A stretch of DNA of 64,000 nucleotides from Candidatus Bathyarchaeota archaeon (GTDB lineage Archaea; Thermoproteota; Bathyarchaeia; 40CM-2-53-6). Below the pieces are notes generated by a model, which searched no databases, was not told where the DNA came from, and saw nothing but the letters and a program-made list of their open reading frames with translations. Position 1 is the first letter of the stretch. Every line of letters starts with the position of its first letter. The translations under genes and the position numbers were made by a program. Where the stretch lies: contig CAVSBL010000002.1 in NCBI GenBank assembly GCA_963726255.1, positions 992,001-1,056,000 of the forward strand, written 5' to 3'. This document shows, in pieces, positions 59,745-64,000 of this stretch.

Positions 59745-60849
59745 TTGTCGGCGCGGGGATACTTGGTCTAAGCATTGCGTACAACCTGGCCAAGCGCGGC
59801 GCCGACGTTACCGTTCTCGAGAGACGGTACCCGGGAAGTGGAATCAGCGTAAGAGCGCTCGGAGCGGTCCACACCCAATGGGGGAATGAACACGACATCA
59901 ATCTTGCTAAGAAGAACCGAGAGATCACGGACCGCCTTTCATCTGACCTCAACTTCAACATTCTATTTCGACGTGACGGATATCTCATGCTTGCGAGTGA
60001 CAAAGAGAGACTGGCCGAGCTTGATCGGAATGCGGACCTGCAACGCTCACTAGGAGTTGACACAACGGTTCTCTCACCTGAAGAGATTCAAGACCGCTAC
60101 CCATTCCTGGATACCTCCTCGATCGTAGGCGGCACTCTCTCAAAGGGCGACGGCTCTATGCATCCGTTCTCGGTTGTGAATGGCCTTTGGAGCGGTTTAG
60201 AAGAGAGGCAAGGCAAAGTAGTCAGGCCGACAACCGTGAAAGCGCTTCATGTCAATGGGGACCGAATATCTTCAGCCGAGACTGATCACGATACCTACAA
60301 GGCAGATGCCTATGTCGTGGCTGCAGGGACTGGATCTCGGGAAATCCTTCGAACAATCAGACTTGACGTGCCCACCCGACTTGTGAAGCATGAGATGCTT
60401 GCAACTGAACCTCTAAGGTTCTTCCTGAAACCCATGATCCAATCGTACCGCGAAGGGATCGCCATCGCACAAAGCCTCCGCGGGAAATACTGTGCCAACT
60501 TCCGACAAGAGGAGAGAAAATTCTGAACGATAACTCATCTACCTTGGAATTCTTAGAGGAGGCTGCAACAGAGCTCGTTCACTTGATACCAACTCTTCGG
60601 GAAGTCAAGGTCTTGAGGCCATGGGCAGGATTGGTTGAGACAACGCGCGACTTTGACCCTGTCACGGGGAGGTTCGTGTACAAAAACCTCTGGGTGGCTT
60701 TTGCAGATTCAGGCAAGGGTGTAATGTTCGCCCCAGCTATCGGAGAGATGATGGCTGAGGAGATTCTCTCCGGAAAATCCAACCCAGACTTAGTACCTTA
60801 CTCGCCAGTCAGACTCCTCTCGCAGCCAAGCATGTTTCGGCACCACTAG
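59732..60849 (+). CDS. FAD-dependent beta subunit (proline dehydrogenase/sarcosine oxidase beta-like), frameshift near 60482
   Basis: IVGAGILG; restored QSLRGEILCQ...STLEFLEE; LRPWAG, GKGVMFAPAIG. Confidence 0.85.
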
Positions 60850-61057
60850 ACCCACACGAAAACTACGGTTCAAATTGCGTTGCACCTTCGCAGCCTAACC
60901 ATCTTGGAGACAGCGTGGATTAGGTTATGAATTGTAGAGGTACTTTGTCTCCCTATGTTGCGTGGGGCTGGGTAAGTTCGAAATCATACAGAGAAAATCC
61001 CGCACCTACCGTGCTTGACTGCGATTATCTAGGCGGAGTGGGTTTGCTGAAAGTCAG

Positions 61058-61258
61058 CTATTTGCGTGTCCCGAACCAATATCCTACGGAGAGAGTTACG
61101 AGACTGTCGAAGAAAATCGGGCTGGCGTAGTCATGTGTTTGGTATCGCACTACGAAATCAAACACTATGAGAAGCACAGTTATTGCTCCAACCCAAGATG
61201 TTGTCACGATACTTTGCCAAAATCCCGGTTGGGCGGCTTTGGGTTTAGGTTTAGGCAA
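61058..61258 (-). CDS. Small two-TM orphan protein ending VGYWFGTRK
   Basis: Two hydrophobic segments with basic termini. Confidence 0.5.
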   Translation of the reverse strand: MPKPKPKAAQPGFWQSIVTTSWVGAITVLLIVFDFVVRYQTHDYASPIFFDSLVTLSVGYWFGTRK

Positions 61259-61426
61259 ATTTTATCATCATAAAGTTCGTAATGCACCGTTAATAGGAGT
61301 TTCCGTATTTTCACCGATAGCTAGGTCGGACAAGAACCGCCCTTTATGCGCCTGCTCTCAGCCAAATAGCAACCTACTTTTCCACCTGCGAGCAGAGCCT
61401 AAGAAACTTGGGTAAGGGGCAGCCAA

Positions 61427-61699
61427 ATGAAGAACGCTGACTATGCTATATACATAACAACCAAGCATGGACGAACTTGGAGATACATCAAAGAGGGCAA
61501 CGATTGGACGCAGACCGCGCCAACGGGAATAGTAAGACGACTTAGTGCCGAGCGAGTGTTATCGCATATTTTACCGCCACTTGCATCAGACCAGCCTTGG
61601 CTCAGTGTAAGAGTAGAACGCTCTAAGTGGGGAAATAGAAAATTAGCTAACACTCGATCGTGTCTTCGTGAGCCTTGGAAGAAAAGGAGTCAAGCGTAA
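61427..61699 (+). CDS. Hypothetical protein
   Basis: ATG ORF of 90 aa next to the tRNA; no recognised motif. Confidence 0.45.
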   Translation: MKNADYAIYITTKHGRTWRYIKEGNDWTQTAPTGIVRRLSAERVLSHILPPLASDQPWLSVRVERSKWGNRKLANTRSCLREPWKKRSQA

Positions 61700-61751
61700 G
61701 CGGAGTGGAGAGCGCCGGCTTAGAATGAGGGATGGTCGCGGGTTCGTCATG

Positions 61752-61849
61752 TGGTGGGCCGGACCGGATTTGAACCGGCGACCTTTGCCGTGTAAGGGCA
61801 ACGTTCAGGCCAGACCGTACGTCTTCTAACCAGGCTGAACTACCGGCCC
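61752..61849 (-). tRNA. tRNA-Val(TAC) with 20-nt non-canonical D-arm intron (61806-61825, position 22/23), encoded CCA
   Basis: Reverse complement GGGCCGG TA GTTC AGCCTGGTTAG[AAGACGTACGGTCTGGCCTG]AAC G TTGCC CT TAC AC GGCAA AGGTC GCCGG TTCAAAT CCGGT CCGGCCC ACCA. Confidence 0.9.
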
Positions 61850-61996
61850 ACTTGTTCCGAGAACGTTCCTTGGGCCGTATAATTTGCCTTATTGAAGTTT
61901 CTCATGAACCGCCTTGCCCCAATGTTGAATGCGAGGTGAACCAGCAACCCGCACCGCAAGGCATCGCGAGCCATTAAGTTCTAAGTTTGAAACCGG

Positions 61997-62971
61997 TTGA
62001 AGGAACCATTTTATACGGTCCCGGAGGTAGACCGGCGGGGACCGTACGTGGTAGTGAAGGAACACGTTGTCTACGTGGACGGGGAATGGCACCCGAAATC
62101 TCGTGCGTCAGTTTCCGTTTTCGACCACGGCTTGCTGTACGGTGACGGCGTATTCGAAGGCATCCGAGCATACAACGGAGTCATCTTCCAGTTCAAGGAA
62201 CACCTAGAACGCCTTTACAGTTCCGCAAAATCGATCAGACTCCAAATCCCGCTTCCCCCAGAAGACATGACGCGGGCAGTAGTTGAGACCATCAAAAGAA
62301 ACGGCCTGAAAGACGCCTACATACGTTTGGTTGTCACGAGAGGCGTTGGCGACCTAGGCGTAGATCCGAGGAAGTGCCGAAAGGCTTCGGTAATAATCAT
62401 AACAGAGTACGCGGACCCAGCGTTCGGCGCGATTGCGAAACAGAGGGGAATTTCAGTCATCATCTCGTCGGTTCGACGCGACGCAGTCGACGCCACTACC
62501 CATGAAATAAAATCGCTAAACTATCTGAACAGCGTTCTGGCTAAACTTGAAGCCGTCGATGCTGGCGCAGACGACGCCCTGATGCTAGATCGGAACGGGT
62601 TCGTATCCGAAGCCACGACAACGAACCTCTTCATTGCGAAGAAGGGCGAAATATTCACACCCCCCTCAACTGCCGCCATCCTCTCAGGCGTTACGAGGAA
62701 ACGGATCATCAAGCTGGCAAGAGAATTAGATTACCGGGTCGTCGAGAAAGGGCTTACACCCTACGACGTAACGAACGCTGACGAAGCGTTCCTAACAGGA
62801 ACGTTGTCCGAAGTTGTCCCGCTCGTGAAGGTGAGGGGCATAGAAATCGCCGACGGGAAAGTGGGACCCATAACAAGGAAGATTATGGAAGCATTCGTGA
62901 AAATACGGGCAGATCCCAAGGACGGCCTACCAATTTACCAAGAAACCGAACGAATCATGGCCCGCCGATAG
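61997..62971 (+). CDS. ilvE: Branched-chain amino acid aminotransferase
   Basis: FDHGLLYGDGVFEGIRAY, IKSLNY, ILSGVTR, EAFLTGT. True start is probably ~62048. Confidence 0.95.
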   Translation: MKEPFYTVPEVDRRGPYVVVKEHVVYVDGEWHPKSRASVSVFDHGLLYGDGVFEGIRAYNGVIFQFKEHLERLYSSAKSIRLQIPLPPEDMTRAVVETIKRNGLKDAYIRLVVTRGVGDLGVDPRKCRKASVIIITEYADPAFGAIAKQRGISVIISSVRRDAVDATTHEIKSLNYLNSVLAKLEAVDAGADDALMLDRNGFVSEATTTNLFIAKKGEIFTPPSTAAILSGVTRKRIIKLARELDYRVVEKGLTPYDVTNADEAFLTGTLSEVVPLVKVRGIEIADGKVGPITRKIMEAFVKIRADPKDGLPIYQETERIMARR

Positions 62972-63191
62972 GAACAAACCACAGAAGCAACCCTCAGCCG
63001 TTCTTAGCGACGACGCAACACCAGTTCCATTAGGCGCTGGTTCTGTTAAGTTGACGGTTCATCGGTTCTGCTAGAGTTACTCAGAACCTAGGCGCGGCTT
63101 TGTTGCGTCCTTGGGACACGAGCAAGGGCGTTGCAAAGTGGGACATGGCTTAATGCGGCACTTAAATCCCTATCGGGAGTGAATGTTAGGC

Positions 63192-64000
63192 ATGAAAATC
63201 CGAGATTGGGTAAAGCGGATTTTGTACTCGATACCCACCGCGATAATCACCCTCGCATCGCTGAACGAGTTGCTGGCGCGAACTCCTCAATTGCCGAGTG
63301 GAGTAACATTGTATAATTTAGCTCTTGTTGCCCTAGTGGGTGTTTTTGCATTTCCTCTTTGGATTGCCTACCAGCTAGGCATTTGGCGAAACAAGAAACG
63401 CTCAGGCACTGTGCTCAAGGGGAGTCCGCCACCTGAAGCGCCTAAGTATGCACTTCCTGAACATCCGACACGAATTAGAGTCGAGAAAAAGGTCTTTGAA
63501 AATCAAGATGTGTACATTGATGGTCACAGTTGGATAGATTGTAAATTCATAAAGTGCAACATAATCGCGGAACGAGGCGATTTCGACCTTGTCTCCAACT
63601 CATTTGATGGCTGTCGGCTGTCAGTTAAAGGTCCAGCGGAAGGCATCATCAGACTGGCAAAAGGCTTCTTCCCCGAGCTTCCTGTCATAGAGCCTACCAT
63701 CAGAGCGAAACCCGACCTTCCGCCAAAAACGGAGCCGAACCTAACATATCTGAAGTTAGGATTCCAAGCCGCAGTGAGACAGAATTTGCGTGAAATAGAG
63801 TCAAAGCTCAGCTTCGAACACCCAAAGCCGATTCATTTTAAGTCTTGGAACGAGACAGAATCGGACATGAAGAAGCAACTAATTGACAACGAGAATGTTT
63901 ACGAGATTGTAGAGAAAATTGCGGCCGTATTGAATGAATGGAATAATGACTTAGATAGAGCCTCTCTCTTAATGCTCGAACCTGATTCGAAGATATTCCT
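63192..64000 (+). CDS. Hypothetical membrane-anchored protein (partial, runs off window)
   Basis: Manual translation MKIRDWVKRILYS...TM...KVFENQDVYIDGHSWIDCKFIKCNI..., open to the window end. Confidence 0.65.
   Translation, partial: MKIRDWVKRILYSIPTAIITLASLNELLARTPQLPSGVTLYNLALVALVGVFAFPLWIAYQLGIWRNKKRSGTVLKGSPPPEAPKYALPEHPTRIRVEKKVFENQDVYIDGHSWIDCKFIKCNIIAERGDFDLVSNSFDGCRLSVKGPAEGIIRLAKGFFPELPVIEPTIRAKPDLPPKTEPNLTYLKLGFQAAVRQNLREIESKLSFEHPKPIHFKSWNETESDMKKQLIDNENVYEIVEKIAAVLNEWNNDLDRASLLMLEPDSKIF

Larger units (their letters stand above)
55688..61768. mobile_element. Putative tRNA-integrated genomic islet (~6 kb, no integrase seen)
   Basis: Bounded by the 17-bp direct repeat of the tRNA 3' end; contains orphan ORFs and an oxidoreductase operon. 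Confidence 0.6.

Noticed and set aside
60524-60543. TGA followed by continued coding in the beta subunit, as possible selenocysteine readthrough
   Set aside because: The downstream part is in a different frame; a missing G near 60482 explains it.
63131-63316. 61-aa ORF from the track
   Set aside because: Overlaps the longer open frame starting at 63192, which has a plausible TM-plus-domain architecture.
1-64000. CRISPR array, cas genes, transposases, integrase, rRNA
   Set aside because: No regularly spaced repeats or recognisable motifs were seen by eye.

Overview
Archaeal chromosomal window from a TACK lineage, most consistent with Bathyarchaeia. Evidence: TBP, TFE, aMBF1, NAC, aTrm56, L38e, A-type ATPase A/B/D and two BHB-intron tRNAs. 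It is mostly housekeeping and metabolic genes: a GGR + tetraether synthase lipid pair, larB/larE, mdh, divergent ppdK/ppsA, guaA, atpABD and ilvE, plus several secreted or surface proteins. Most notable observations: (1) an RHH-nucleotidyltransferase fusion divergent from two tandem paralogous Zn-ribbon microproteins, each preceded by a GTA(A/T)TAC-N16-GTA(A/T)TAC operator-like element; (2) a ~6 kb islet bounded by a 17-bp duplication of the tRNA-Val(TAC) 3' end, carrying a proline-dehydrogenase-type operon; (3) a non-canonical D-arm tRNA intron; (4) a cluster of beta-propeller surface proteins with three different anchors; (5) a subtilase with a baseplate-like insertion; (6) a very Tyr-rich surface protein. 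At least seven single-base frameshifts, including one in essential atpB, look like long-read sequencing errors. All family calls come from motif recognition; no database searches were run.
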